Shown: positions 38,255 through 53,868 of the stretch, piece after piece
Layout of the letters: every line of letters begins with the position of its first letter
Position numbering within the stretch: position 1 is the stretch's first letter
Source of the DNA: Utricularia gibba
Lineage: Eukaryota > Plantae > Magnoliophyta
NCBI GenBank assembly: GCA_002189035.1
Contig: NEEC01000033.1
Location: 7,290 to 71,289, forward strand
DNA length: 64,000 nucleotides
Direction: 5' to 3'
Program-made: the position numbers and the translations under genes
Notes under the pieces: model-generated
The model's input: only the letters and a program-made list of their open reading frames with translations
Told to the model about the DNA's origin: nothing
The model's database searches: none

Positions 38255-39800
38255 AAACTCACCACTAGAGACACAAGAATCAGAAGTATCATGGCAACTA
38301 ATTGCATCAGAGCGATCCACATGTGAAATCACTGGTTGGAATCCAGAAAAAATTGCTAACATATTGCATCAACATAACAGCCAACACTATCAAATATAGA
38401 GACATCAAGAATCAGGTATCATGCAACTAAATCAAGTGTGCGATCCACATGTTACATCATGAATTTCGTGGTGGTGTTCTGCAAACACTACGGTGCAGAT
38501 GGCGCAGTGCTCAAGTACTAATTTTTTGTGGACTGGTTGCCAAACGGAAAACACCTTTGGGTAACAATAATGTGACAACACATGCCACTCACCAGCACAA
38601 CCGGGATATGCGATCCACATGTTACATCATGGTGGCATGGTACGTGTTTACGAATCCAGTGCACGTGTCTGCACCCCGCACTATGTCGCACATACGAAGC
38701 GCAGATGCTAAATAGCACACCATTTATTCAACGATAAAGAAAAGTGTCTTACGTGTCCTTCCTTGGTGGCTGCGTTTAATAATGTGCTTCTCGTTCTCGA
38801 AATTGATGCAAATACACGGCAAAAGAATCACCACTAGAGACAATGGGAATGGTGTATCAAGAATCAGAAGTATCATGGGGCAAGGATGTCCACATGGAAA
38901 TCAGGTTGGAATCCAGTTCATGGCGCAATGAAATGACTAAGATCAATGCAGGGTATAACAAACTACATGCTTACAATAATGTGCAAATTGATGCAAGATA
39001 CACGGCAAAAGAATCAAATAGCCACTAGAGACATGGCAAGAATCAGAAGTATCATGGCAACTAATTGCATGAAACTTCATCGGATATGCGATCAAGATGG
39101 AAAAAGTCACATGTTACATCATGAATTTCGTGGCATCACTTATCCCAACACTATTATACTCCAGGTACGCAAAAATGTTTACTTTTAACGAATCCAGTGC
39201 ACGTGTGATTTTTAGGCTGCACCCGAATGGTGATGCGCAATGAAATGACTATGTCGCACATCCTGACGAAGCACCTCTTCCAAAACATGCAGATGCTAAC
39301 TCTTCATAGCACACCATTGGGAAGCCCTATTCGTGCTCCAACATAACTGACATATTAAAAACAAACCACAACGAAAAGTGTCTTACGTGTCCTTCCTTGG
39401 TGGCTGCGTTTAATAATGTGCTTCTCGTTCTCGAAATTGATGCAAATACACGGCAAAAGAATCAAATAGCCACTAGAGACATGGTGTACAAGAATCAGAA
39501 GTATCATGGCAACTAACACAAACTTCATCGCGATCATCATGGCGTGGGTACGCACTGAATCCAGTGCACCTGCATGGTGATGCGCAATGCTCGCACATTC
39601 TGCAGATGGCGCAAGTTGGAAACACACTTTCAAACATGGGGTGGTGTCCTGGTGGGGTTCGTCAACCTATGTGGGCAACATTGCAAACAATCACTGTTCA
39701 TTGTCGTCAGCCCATGGCATCACTGGTTGTTTACTTTTAACGAATCCAGTGCACGTGTGATAAACAACACATCATGCAGGCCCCTAAACATAACACATGA
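38255..39800 (+). other. Degenerate zone of compressed, collinear monomer skeletons
   Basis: Monomer motifs appear in their normal order with most intervening bases missing (e.g. 39560-39750). Confidence 0.7.
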
Positions 39801-42800
39801 AAAGTGTCTTACGTGTCCTTCCTTGGTGGCTGCGTTTAATAATGTGCTTCTCGTTCTCGAAATTGATGCATACACGGCAAAAGAATCAAATAGCCACTAG
39901 AGACATGGTGTATGGGAATGGTGTATCAAGAATCAGAAGTATCATGGCAACTAATTGCATCAATCAACAGCCAAAACATATGTGTCAAACTTCATCGGAT
40001 ATGCGATCAAGATGGAAAAAAGTCACATGTTACATCATGAATTTCGTGGCATCACTTATCCCAACACTATTATACTCCAGGTACGCAAAAATGTTTACTT
40101 TTAACGAATCCAGTGCACGTGTGATTTTTAGGCTGCACCCGAATGGTGATGCGCAATGAAATGACTATGTCGCACATCCTGACGAAGCACCTCTTCCAAA
40201 ACATGCAGATGCTAACTCTTCATAGCACACCATTGGGAAGCCCTATTCGTGCTCCAAGTAGTATAATTTGGAGTTACGTTTGTCCCATAACTGTGGACAT
40301 ATTAAAAACAAACCACAACGAAAAGTGTCTTACGTGTCCTTCCTTGGTGGCTGCGTTTAATAATGTGCTTCTCGTTCTCGAAATTGATGCAAATACACGG
40401 CAAAAGAATCAAATAGCCACTAGAGACATGAATGGTGTATCAAGAATCAGAAGTATCATGGCAACTAATTGCATCAATCAACAGCCAAAACATATGGTGT
40501 CAAACTTCATCGGATATGCGATCAAGATGGAAAAAGTCACATGTTACATCATGAATTTCGTGGCATCACTTATCCCAACACTATTATACTCCAGGTACGC
40601 AAAAATGTTTACTTTTAACGAATCCAGTGCACGTGTGATTTTTCGGCTGCACCCCGAATGGTGATGCGCAATGAAATGACTATGTCGCACATCGAAGCAC
40701 CTCTTCCAAAACATGCAGATGCTAACTCTTCATAGCACATATTCGTGCTCCAAGTAGTATAATTTGGAGTTACGTTTGTCCCATAACACATATTAAAAAC
40801 AAACCACAACGAAAAGTGTCTTACGTGTCCTTCCTTGGTGGCTGCGTTTAATAATGTGCTTCTCGTTCTCGAAATTGATGCAAATACACGGCAAAAGAAT
40901 CAAATAGCCACTAGAGACATGGTGTATGGGAATGGTGTATCAAGAATCAGAAGTATCATGGCAACTAATTGCATCAATCAACAAAAACATATGGTGTCAA
41001 ACTTCATCGGATATGCGATCAAGATGGAAAAAAGTCACATGTTACATCATGAATTTCGTGGCATCACTTATCCCAACACTATTATACTCCAGGTACGCAA
41101 AAATGTTTACTTTTAACGAATCCAGTGCACGTGTGATTTTTCGGCTGCACCCCGAATGGTGATGCGCAATGAAATGACTATGTCGCACATCCTGGTCCAC
41201 GAAGCACCTCTTCCAAAACATGCAGATGCTAACTCTTCATAGCACACCATTGGGAAGCCCTATTCGTGCTCCAAGTAGTATAATTTGGAGTTACGTTTGT
41301 CCCATAACTGTGGACATATTAAAAACAAACCACAACGAAAAGTGTCTTACGTGTCCTTCCTTGGTGGCTGCGTTTAATAATGTGCTTCTCGTTCTCGAAA
41401 TTGATGCAAACACGGCAAAAGAATCAAATAGCCACTAGAGACATGGTGTATGGGAATGGTGTATCAAGAATCAGAAGTATCATGGCAACTAATTGCATCA
41501 ATCAACAAAAACATATGGTGTCAAACTTCATCGGATATGCGATCAAGATGGAAAAAAGTCACATGTTACATCATGAATTTCGTGGCATCACTTATCCCAA
41601 CACTATTATACTCCAGGTACGCAAAAATGTTTACTTTTAACGAATCCAGTGCACGTGTGATTTTTAGGCTGCACCCGAATGGTGATGCGCAATGAAATGA
41701 CTATGTCGCACATCCTGGTCACGAAGCACCTCTTCCAAAACATGCAGATGCTAACTCTTCATAGCACACCATTGGGAAGCCCTATTCGTGCTCCAAGTAG
41801 TATAATTTGGAGTTACGTTTGTCCCATAACACATATTAAAAACAAACCACAACGAAAAGTGTCTTACGTGTCCTTCCTTGGTGGCTGCGTTTAATAATGT
41901 GCTTCTCGTTCTCGAAATTGATGCAATACACGGCAAAAGAATCAAATAGCCACTAGAGACATGGTGTATGGGAATGGTGTATCAAGAATCAGAAGTATCA
42001 TGGCAACTAATTGCATCAATCAACAGCCAAAACATATGTGTCAAACTTCATCGGATATGCGATCAAGATGGAAAAAAGTCACATGTTACATCATGAATTT
42101 CGTGGCATCACTTATCCCAACACTATTATACTCCAGGTACGCAAAAATGTTTACTTTTAACGAATCCAGTGCACGTGTGATTTTTCGGCTGCACCCCGAA
42201 TGGTGATGCGCAATGAAATGACTATGTCGCACATCCTGGTCCACGAAGCACCTCTTCCAAAACATGCAGATGCTAACTCTTCATAGCACACCATTGGGAA
42301 GCCCTATTCGTGCTCCAAGTAGTATAATTTGGAGTTACGTTTGTCCCATAACTGTGGACATATTAAAAACAAACCACAACGAAAAGTGTCTTACGTGTCC
42401 TTCCTTGGTGGCTGCGTTTAATAATGTGCTTCTCGTTCTCGAAATTGATGCAAATGGGATACACGGCAAAAGAATCAAATAGCCACTAGAGACATGGTGT
42501 ATGGGAATGGTGTATCAAGAATCAGAAGTATCATGGCAACTAATTGCATCAATCAACAGCCAAAACATATGGTGTCAAACTTCATCGGATATGCGATCAA
42601 GATGGAAAAAGTCACATGTTACATCATGAATTTCGTGGCATCACTTATCCCAACACTATTATACTCCAGGTACGCAAAAATGTTTACTTTTAACGAATCC
42701 AGTGCACGTGTGATTTTTCGGCTGCACCCCGAATGGTGATGCGCAATGAAATGACTATGTCGCACATCCTGGTCCACGAAGCACCTCTTCCAAAACATGC

Positions 42801-45800
42801 AGAGCTAACTCTTCATAGCACACCATTGGGAAGCCCTATTCGTGCTCCAAGTAGTATAATTGGAGTTACGTTTGTCCCATAACTGTGGACATATTAAAAA
42901 CAAACCACAACGAAAAGTGTCTTACGTGTCCTTCCTTGGTGGCTGCGTTTAATAATGTGCTTCTCGTTCTCGAAATTGATGCAAACAAGATACACGGCAA
43001 AAGAATCAAATAGCCACTAGAGACATGGTGTATGGGAATGGTGTATCAAGAATCAGAAGTATCATGGCAACTAATTGCATCAATCAACAGCCAAAACATA
43101 TGGTGTCAAACTTCATCGGATATGCGATCAAGATGGAAAAAAGTCACATGTTACATCATGAATTTCGTGGCATCACTTATCCCAACACTATTATACTCCA
43201 GGTACGCAAAAATGTTTACTTTTAACGAATCCAGTGCACGTGTGATTTTTAGGCTGCACCCGAATGGTGATGCGCAATGAAATGACTATGTCGCACATCC
43301 TGGTCCACGAAGCACCTCTTCCAAAACATGCAGATGCTAACTCTTCATAGCACACCATTGGGAAGCCCTATTCGTGCTCCAAGTAGTATAATTTGGAGTT
43401 ACGTTTGTCCCATAACTGTGGACATATTAAAAACAAACCACAACGAAAAGTGTCTTACGTGTCCTTCCTTGGTGGCTGCGTTTAATAATGTGCTTCTCGT
43501 TCTCGAAATTGATGCAAATGGGATACACGGCAAAAGAATCAAATAGCCACTAGAGACATGGTGTATGGGAATGGTGTATCAAGAATCAGAAGTATCATGG
43601 CAACTAATTGCATCAATCAACAGCCAAAACATATGTGTCAAACTTCATCGGATATGCGATCAAGATGGAAAAAAGTCACATGTTACATCATGAATTTCGT
43701 GGCATCACTTATCCCAACACTATTATACTCCAGGTACGCAAAAATGTTTACTTTTAACGAATCCAGTGCACGTGTGATTTTTCGGCTGCACCCCGAATGG
43801 TGATGCGCAATGAAATGACTATGTCGCACATCCTGGTCCACGAAGCACCTCTTCCAAAACATGCAGATGCTAACTCTTCATAGCACACCATTGGGAAGCC
43901 CTATTCGTGCTCCAAGTAGTATAATTTGGAGTTACGTTTGTCCCATAACTGTGGACATATTAAAAACAAACCACAACGAAAAGTGTCTTACGTGTCCTTC
44001 CTTGGTGGCTGCGTTTAATAATGTGCTTCTCGTTCTCGAAATTGATGCAAATATACACGGCAAAAGAATCAAATAGCCACTAGAGACATGGTGTATGGGA
44101 ATGGTGTATCAAGAATCAGAAGTATCATGGCAACTAATTGCATCAATCAAGAAGGCAAATCGCAATCTAACATATGCAGATGGGTAACATGTGAAAAGTG
44201 TCTTACAATAATGTGCTTCTCGTTCTCGAAATTGATGCAAAATTCAAATAGCCACTAGAGACATCAAGAATCAGAAGTATCATGGCAACTAATTGCATCA
44301 ATCAACAAAACATATGGTGTCAAACTTCATCGGATATGCGATCAAGATGGAAAAAGTCACATGTTACATCATGAATTTCGTGGCATCACTTAGGTACGCA
44401 AAAATGTTTACTTTTAACGAATCCAGTGCACGTGTGATTTTTCGGCTGCACCCCGAATGGTGATGCGCAATGAAATGACTATGTCGCACATCCTGGTCCA
44501 CGAAGCACCTCTTCCAAAACATGCAGAGCTAACTCTTCATAGCACACCATTGGGAAGCCCTATTCGTGCTCCAAGTAGTATAATTTGGAGTTACGTTTGT
44601 CCCATAACTGTGGACATATTAAAAACAAACCACAACGAAAAGTGTCTTACGTGTCCTTCCTTGGTGGCTGCGTTTAATAATGTGCTTCTCGTTCTCGAAA
44701 TTGATGCAAAGATACACGGCAAAAGAATCAAATAGCCACTAGAGACATGGTGTATGGGAATGGTGTATCAAGAATCAGAAGTATCATGGCAACTAATTGC
44801 ATCAATCAACAGCCAAAACATATGGTGTCAAACTTCATCGGATATGCGATCAAGATGGAAAAAAGTCACATGTTACATCATGAATTTCGTGGCATCACTT
44901 ATCCCAACACTATTATACTCCAGGTACGCAAAAATGTTTACTTTTAACGAATCCAGTGCACGTGTGATTTTTCGGCTGCACCCGAATGGTGATGCGCAAT
45001 GAAATGACTATGTCGCACATCCTGGTCCACGAAGCACCTCTTCCAAAACATGCAGATGCTAACTCTTCATAGCACACCATTGGGAAGCCCTATTCGTGCT
45101 CCAAGTAGTATAATTTGGAGTTACGTTTGTCCCATAACTGTGGACATATTAAAAACAAACCACAACGAAAAGTGTCTTACGTGTCCTTCCTTGGTGGCTG
45201 CGTTTAATAATGTGCTTCTCGTTCTCGAAATTGATGCAAAGATACACGGCAAAAGAATCAAATAGCCACTAGAGACATGGTGTATGGGAATGGTGTATCA
45301 AGAATCAGAAGTATCATGGCAACTAATTGCATCAATCAACAGCCAAAACATATGGTGTCAAACTTCATCGGATATGCGATCAAGATGGAAAAAAGTCACA
45401 TGTTACATCATGAATTTCGTGGCATCACTTATCCCAACACTATTATACTCCAGGTACGCAAAAATGTTTACTTTTAACGAATCCAGTGCACGTGTGATTT
45501 TTCGGCTGCACCCCGAATGGTGATGCGCAATGAAATGACTATGTCGCACATCCTGGTCCACGAAGCACCTCTTCCAAAACATGCAGATGCTAACTCTTCA
45601 TAGCACACCATTGGGAAGCCCTATTCGTGCTCCAAGTAGTATAATTTGGAGTTACGTTTGTCCCATAACTGTGGACATATTAAAAACAAACCACAACGAA
45701 AAGTGTCTTACGTGTCCTTCCTTGGTGGCTGCGTTTAATAATGTGCTTCTCGTTCTCGAAATTGATGCAAATGGGATACACGGCAAAAGAATCAAATAGC

Positions 45801-48800
45801 CACTAGAGACATGGTGTATGGGAATGGTGTATCAAGAATCAGAAGTATCATGGCAACTAATTGCATCAATCAACAGCCAAAACATATGGTGTCAAACTTC
45901 ATCGGATATGCGATCAAGATGGAAAAAAGTCACATGTTACATCATGAATTTCGTGGCATCACTTATCCCAACACTATTATACTCCAGGTACGCAAAAATG
46001 TTTACTTTTAACGAATCCAGTGCACGTGTGATTTTTCGGCTGCACCCCGAATGGTGATGCGCAATGAAATGACTATGTCGCACATCCTGGTCCACGAAGC
46101 ACCTCTTCCAAAACATGCAGATGCTAACTCTTCATAGCACACCATTGGGAAGCCCTATTCGTGCTCCAAGTAGTATAATTTGGAGTTACGTTTGTCCCAT
46201 AACTGTGGACATATTAAAAACAAACCACAACGAAAAGTGTCTTACGTGTCCTTCCTTGGTGGCTGCGTTTAATAATGTGCTTCTCGTTCTCGAAATTGAT
46301 GCAAATGATACACGGCAAAAGAATCAAATAGCCACTAGAGACATGGTGTATGGGAATGGTGTATCAAGAATCAGAAGTATCATGGCAACTAATTGCATCA
46401 ATCAACAGCCAAAACATATGGTGTCAAACTTCATCGGATATGCGATCAAGATGGAAAAAAGTCACATGTTACATCATGAATTTCGTGGCATCACTTATCC
46501 CAACACTATTATACTCCAGGTACGCAAAAATGTTTACTTTTAACGAATCCAGTGCACGTGTGATTTTTCGGCTGCACCCCGAATGGTGATGCGCAATGAA
46601 ATGACTATGTCGCACATCCTGGTCCACGAAGCACCTCTTCCAAAACATGCAGATGCTAACTCTTCATAGCACACCATTGGGAAGCCCTATTCGTGCTCCA
46701 AGTAGTATAATTTGGAGTTACGTTTGTCCCATAACTGTGGACATATTAAAAACAAACCACAACGAAAAGTGTCTTACGTGTCCTTCCTTGGTGGCTGCGT
46801 TTAATAATGTGCTTCTCGTTCTCGAAATTGATGCAAATGATACACGGCAAAAGAATCAAATAGCCACTAGAGACATGGTGTATGGGAATGGTGTATCAAG
46901 AATCAGAAGTATCATGGCAACTAATTGCATCAATCAACAGCCAAAACATATGGTGTCAAACTTCATCGGATATGCGATCAAGATGGAAAAAAGTCACATG
47001 TTACATCATGAATTTCGTGGCATCACTTATCCCAACACTATTATACTACGCAAAAATGTTTACTTTTAACGAATCCAGTGCACGTGTGATTTTTACCCCG
47101 AATGGTGATGCGCAATGAAATGACTATGTCGCACATCACGAAGCACCTCTTCCAAAACATGTGCACACCATCGTGCTCCAAGTAGTATAATTTGGAGTTA
47201 CGTTTGTCCCATAACTGTGGACATATTAAAAACAAACCACAACGAAAAGTGTCTTACGTGTCCTTCCTTGGTGGCTGCGTTTAATAATGTGCTTCTCGTT
47301 CTCGAAATTGATGCAAAGATACACGGCAAAAGAATCAAATAGCCACTAGAGACATGGTGTATGGGAATGGTGCATCAAGAATCAGAAGTATCATGGCAAC
47401 TAATTGCATCAATCAACAGCCAAAACATATGTGTCAAACTTCATCGGATATGCGATCAAGATGGAAAAAGTCACATGTTACATCATGAATTTCCATCACT
47501 TATCCCAACACTATTATACTCCAGGTACGCAAAAATGTTTACTTTTAACGAATCCAGTGCACGTGTGATTTTTCGGCTGCACCCCGAATGGTGATGCGCA
47601 ATGAAATGACTATGTCGCACATCCTGGTCCACGAAGCACCTCTTCCAAAACATGCAGATGCTAACTCTTCATAGCACACCATTGGGAAGCCCTATTCGTG
47701 CTCCAAGTAGTATAATTTGGAGTTACGTTTGTCCCATAACTGTGGACATATTAAAAACAAACCACAACGAAAAGTGTCTTACGTGTCCTTCCTTGGTGGC
47801 TGCGTTTAATAATGTGCTTCTCGTTCTCGAAATTGATGCAAATGGATACACGGCAAAAGAATCAAATAGCCACTAGAGACATGGTGTATGGGAATGGTGT
47901 ATCAAGAATCAGAAGTATCATGGCAACTAATTGCATCAATCAACAGCCAAAACATATGGTGTCAAACTTCATCGGATATGCGATCAAGATGGAAAAAAGT
48001 CACATGTTACATCATGAATTTCGTGGCATCACTTATCCCAACACTATTATACTCCAGGTACGCAAAAATGTTTACTTTTAACGAATCCAGTGCACGTGAC
48101 CCCGAATGGTGATGCGCAATGAAATGACTATGTCGCACATCCTGGTCCACGAAGCACCTCTTCCAAAACATGCAGATGCTAACTCTTCATAGCACACCAT
48201 TGGGAAGCCCTATTCGTGCTCCAAGTAGTATAATTTGGAGTTACGTTTGTCCCATAACTGTGGACATATTAAAAACAAACCACAACGAAAAGTGTCTTAC
48301 GTGTCCTTCCTTGGTGGCTGCGTTTAATAATGTGCTTCTCGTTCTCGAAATTGATGCAAATGGGATACACGGCAAAAGAATCAAATAGCCACTAGAGACA
48401 TGGTGTATGGGAATGGTGTATCAAGAATCAGAAGTATCATGGCAACTAATTGCATCAATCAACTATGGTCAAACTTCATCGGATATGCGATCAAGATGGA
48501 AAAAAGTCACATGTTACATCACGTGGCATCACTTATCCCAACACTATTATACACCAGGTACGCAAAAATGTTTACTTTTAACGAATCCAGTGCACGTGTG
48601 ATTTTTCGGCTGCAAATGGTGATGCGCAATGAAATGACTATGTCGCACAACGAAGCACCTCTTCCAAAACATGCAGATGCACACCATTTTCGTGCTCCAC
48701 ATAACTGTGGACATATTAAAAACAAACCACAACGAAAAGTGTCTTACGTGTCCTTCCTTGGTGGCTGCGTTTAATAATGTGCTTCTCGTTCTCGAAATTG

Positions 48801-49389
48801 ATGCAAATATACACGGCAAAAGAATCAAATAGCCACTAGAGACATGGTGTATGGGAATGGTGTATCAAGAATCAGAAGTATCATGGCAACTAATTGCATC
48901 AATCAACAGCCAAAACATATGGTGTCAAACTTCATCGGATATGCGATCAAGATGGAAAAAAGTCACATGTTACATCATGAATTTCGTGGCATCACTTATC
49001 CCAACACTATTATACTCCAGGTACGCAAAAATGTTTACTTTTAACGAATCCAGTGCACGTGTGATTTTTCGGCTGCACCCGAATGGTGATGCGCAATGAA
49101 ATGACTATGTCGCACATCCTGGTCCACGAAGCACCTCTTCCAAAACATGCAGATGCTAACTCTTCATAGCACACCATTGGGAAGCCCTATTCGTGCTCCA
49201 AGTAGTATAATTTGGAGTTACGTTTGTCCCATAACTGTGGACATATTAAAAACAAACCACAACGAAAAGTGTCTTACGTGTCCTTCCTTGGTGGCTGCGT
49301 TTAATAATGTGCTTCTCGTTCTCGAAATTGATGCAAATATACACGGCAAAAGAATCAAATAGCCACTAGAGACATGGTGTATGGGAATG

Positions 49390-51200
49390 GTGTCATCAAA
49401 GTATCATCAGGTATCGGATATGCGATCAAGATGGAAAAAAGTCACATGTTACATCATGCGTGGCATCACTTATCCCAACAGGTACGCAAAAATGTTTACT
49501 TTTAACGAATCCAGTGCACGTGTCAAACTGAAATCTATCGGATATGCGATCAAGGGAAAAAGTCACACATGTGTACAATCAAATGAATTTCGTGGCATCA
49601 CTTATCCCAACACTATTATACTCCAGGTCACGCAAAAATGTTTACTTTTAACGAATCCAGTGCACGTGTGATTTTTTGGCTGCCGCACATATGTGTGCGC
49701 TTCATGTCGCACATAACCATGGTGCCAAAACATGCAGAGCTAACGTCCCACACCATTGGGAGCTGTTTGCAAAAACCGGATTGTGTCCAAACATAAACAT
49801 ATTAAAAACTGTCTTACGTGTCAATAACCTCGTTCTCATCATAGGCGAGCGGCCCAATGGCATGCCACGAGTTCATGGCTCTCGTATCGAAGTCAAACAA
49901 ACTACATGCAAATCAACAAATCCAAAACATATCACAAACACATCGGTATCGATCAACACATGTTACATCCCATCACTTATCCCAACACTATTATACTCCA
50001 GGTACGCAAAAATGTTTACTTTTAACGAATCCAGTGCACGTGTGATTTTTAACAGCACATAACGCTGTCGCACATTGGTGTCTTGCCACACACAGAAATG
50101 GTTCATTAACCATTGGGGCCCTATGTGCTCCAAACATCCGTAATAACCTGGTCCCATAACTCGGACGCAACAACCACAAGCCACTAGTTCGTGCTTCCTT
50201 CTGAAGATCAAACATGTTACACATCAATATCAAATAGCCACTAGAGACATGGTGTATGCATCACCGGAAGCGATCAAGATCACATGGAATTTCGTGGCAT
50301 CACTTATCCCAGGTTCTTTTAATCCAACGCCAAAACATGTGGTCGTCAAACTGCGGATATGCGATCAAGATGGAAAAAAGAATGTCACAATGTGCACATA
50401 CATCAAATAGGTGGCAAGAATCACATCAACTAATATCCCAACACTTCATTATATCTCACATGGTATCGCAAAAATGTTTACTTTTAACGAATCCAGTGCA
50501 CGTGTGATTTTTCGGCTGCACCCCGAATGGTGATGCGCAATGAAATGACTATCGGATGGTGAAGCGAAGCAAAGTCTAAACATGCACATCTAACCTCCTC
50601 ACACCATTGGGAAGCCCTACCGGCTGTTACTAATTCGTGCGTTATGTTGGTTACGTGTGGAAATATTAAAAACATAACCACAAACCACAACGAAAAGTGT
50701 CTTACGTGTCCTTCCTTGGTGGCTGCGTTTAATAATGTGCTTCTCGTTCTCGAAATTGATGCAAAACACGGCAAAAGAATCAAATAGCCACTAGAGACAT
50801 GGTGTATGGGAATGGTGTATCATCAGAAGTATCATGGCAACTAATTGCATCAATCAACAGCCAAAACATATGTGTCAAACTTCATCGGATATGCGATCAA
50901 GATGGAAAAAAGTCACATGTTACATCATGAATTTCGTGGCATCACTTATCCCAACACTATTATACTCCAGGTACGCAAAAATGTTTACTTTTAACGAATC
51001 CAGTGCACGTGTGATTTTTAGGCACCCGAATGGTGATGCGCAATGAAATGACTATGTCGCACATCCTGATCAATGCAATGCAGCACAAAAATAAGTCATA
51101 ACTGCATGAAAAGTGTCTTACGTATGCATCAAGATGGCAAAAAAGTCACACCACATCATGAATATTCGTGCCATCACATTTACATCCCATCACTTATCTA
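49390..51200 (+). other. Degenerate/scrambled monomer zone
   Basis: Repeated partial restarts of the 430-540 segment and interleaved fragments. Intact TGTTTACTTTTAACGAATCCAGTGCACGTG anchors persist. Confidence 0.7.
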
Positions 51201-53868
51201 TTATACTCCAGGTACGCAAAAATGTTTACTTTTAACGAATCCAGTGCACGTGTGATTTTTGGCTGCACCCGAATGGTGATGCGCAATGAAATGACTATGT
51301 CGCACATCCTGACGAAGCACCTCTTCCAAAACATGCAGATGCTAACTCTTCATAGCACACCATTGGGAAGCCCTATTCGTGCTCCAAGTAGTATAATTTG
51401 GAGTTACGTTTGTCCCATAAACATATTAAAAACAAACCACAACGAAAAGTGTCTTACGTGTCCTTCCTTGGTGGCTGCGTTTAATAATGTGCTTCTCGTT
51501 CTCGAAATTGATGCAAACAAGATACACGGCAAAAGAATCAAATAGCCACTAGAGACATGGTGTATGGGAATGGTGTATCAAGAATCAGAAGTATCATGGC
51601 AACTAATTGATCAATCAACAGCCAAAACATATGGTGTCAAACTTCATCGGATATGCGATCAAGATGGAAAAAAGTCACATGTTACATCATGAATTTCGTG
51701 GCATCACTTATCCCAACACTATTATACTCCAGGTACGCAAAAATGTTTACTTTTAACGAATCCAGTGCACGTGTGATTTTTAGGCTGCACCCGAATGGTG
51801 ATGCGCAATGAAATGACTATGTCGCACATCCTGCACGAAGCACCTCTTCCAAAACATGCAGATGCTAACTCTTCATAGCACACCATTGGGAAGCCCTATT
51901 CGTGCTCCAAGTATAATTGGAGTTACGTTTGTCCCATAACTGTGGACATATTAAAAACAAACCACAACGAAAAGTGTCTTACGTGTCCTTCCTTGGTGGC
52001 TGCGTTTAATAATGTGCTTCTCGTTCTCGAAATTGATGCAAACAAGATACACGGCAAAAGAATCAAATAGCCACTAGAGACATGGTGTATGGGAATGGTG
52101 TATCAAGAATCAGAAGTATCATGGCAACTAATTGCATCAATCAACAGCCAAAACATATGTGTCAAACTTCATCGGATATGCGATCAAGATGGAAAAAAGT
52201 CACATGTTACATCATGAATTTCGTGGCATCACTTATCCCAACACTATTATACTCCAGGTACGCAAAAATGTTTACTTTTAACGAATCCAGTGCACGTGTG
52301 ATTTTTAGGCTGCACCCCGAATGGTGATGCGCAATGAAATGACTATGTCGCACATCCTGGTCACGAAGCACCTCTTCCAAAACATGCAGATGCTAACTCT
52401 TCATAGCACACCATTGGGAAGCCCTATTCGTGCTCCAAGTAGTATAATTTGGAGTTACGTTTGTCCCATAACTGTGGACATATTAAAAACAAACCACAAC
52501 GAAAAGTGTCTTACGTGTCCTTCCTTGGTGGCTGCGTTTAATAATGTGCTTCTCGTTCTCGAAATTGATGCAAAAGATACACGGCAAAAGAATCAAATAG
52601 CCACTAGAGACATGGTGTATGGGAATGGTGTATCAAGAATCAGAAGTATCATGGCAACTAATTGCATCAATCAACAGCCAAAACATATGGTGTCAAACTT
52701 CATCGGATATGCGATCAAGATGGAAAAAAGTCACATGTTACATCATGAATTTCGTGGCATCACTTATCCCAACACTATTATACTCCAGGTACGCAAAAAT
52801 GTTTACTTTTAACGAATCCAGTGCACGTGTGATTTTTAGGCTGCACCCGAATGGTGATGCGCAATGAAATGACTATGTCGCACATCCTGTCCACGAAGCA
52901 CCTCTTCCAAAACATGCAGATGCTAACTCTTCATAGCACACCATTGGGAAGCCCTATTCGTGCTCCAAGTAGTATAATTTGGAGTTACGTTTGTCCCATA
53001 ACTGTGGACATATTAAAAACAAACCACAACGAAAAGTGTCTTACGTGTCCTTCCTTGGTGGCTGCGTTTAATAATGTGCTTCTCGTTCTCGAAATTGATG
53101 CAAAAAGATACACGGCAAAAGAATCAAATAGCCACTAGAGACATGGTGTATGGGAATGGTGTATCAAGAATCAGAAGTATCATGGCAACTAATTGCATCA
53201 ATCAACATCCAAAACATATGTGTCAAACTTCATCGGATATGCGATCAAGATGGAAAAAAGTCACATGTTACATCATGAATTTCGTGGCATCACTTATCCC
53301 AACACTATTATACTCCAGGTACGCAAAAATGTTTACTTTTAACGAATCCAGTGCACGTGTGATTTTTCGGCTGCACCCGAATGGTGATGCGCAATGAAAT
53401 GACTATGTCGCACATCCTGGTCCACGAAGCACCTCTTCCAAAACATGCAGATGCTAACTCTTCATAGCACACCATTGGGAAGCCCTATTCGTGCTCCAAG
53501 TAGTATAATTTGGAGTTACGTTTGTCCCATAACTGGACATATTAAAAACAAACCACAACGAAAAGTGTCTTACGTGTCCTTCCTTGGTGGCTGCGTTTAA
53601 TAATGTGCTTCTCGTTCTCGAAATTGATGCAAAGGATACACGGCAAAAGAATCAAATAGCCACTAGAGACATGGTGTATGGGAATGGTGTATCAAGAATC
53701 AGAAGTATCATGGCAACTAATTGCATCAATCAACAGCCAAAACATATGGTGTCAAACTTCATCGGATATGCGATCAAGATGGAAAAAAGTCACATGTTAC
53801 ATCATGAATTTCGTGGCATCACTTATCCCAACACTATTATACTCCAGGTACGCAAAAATGTTTACTTT

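Larger units (their letters stand above)
33851..51400 (+). repeat. Subfamily-B domain (mostly C29; TGG or partial deletion at 298-300)
   Basis: ORF track shows MQMLTLHS..., ...WSYVCP..., ...FNNVLL..., ...ANGIHG.... Interrupted by scrambled zones near 38.3-39.8, 44.2 and 49.4-51.2 kb. Confidence 0.88.
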
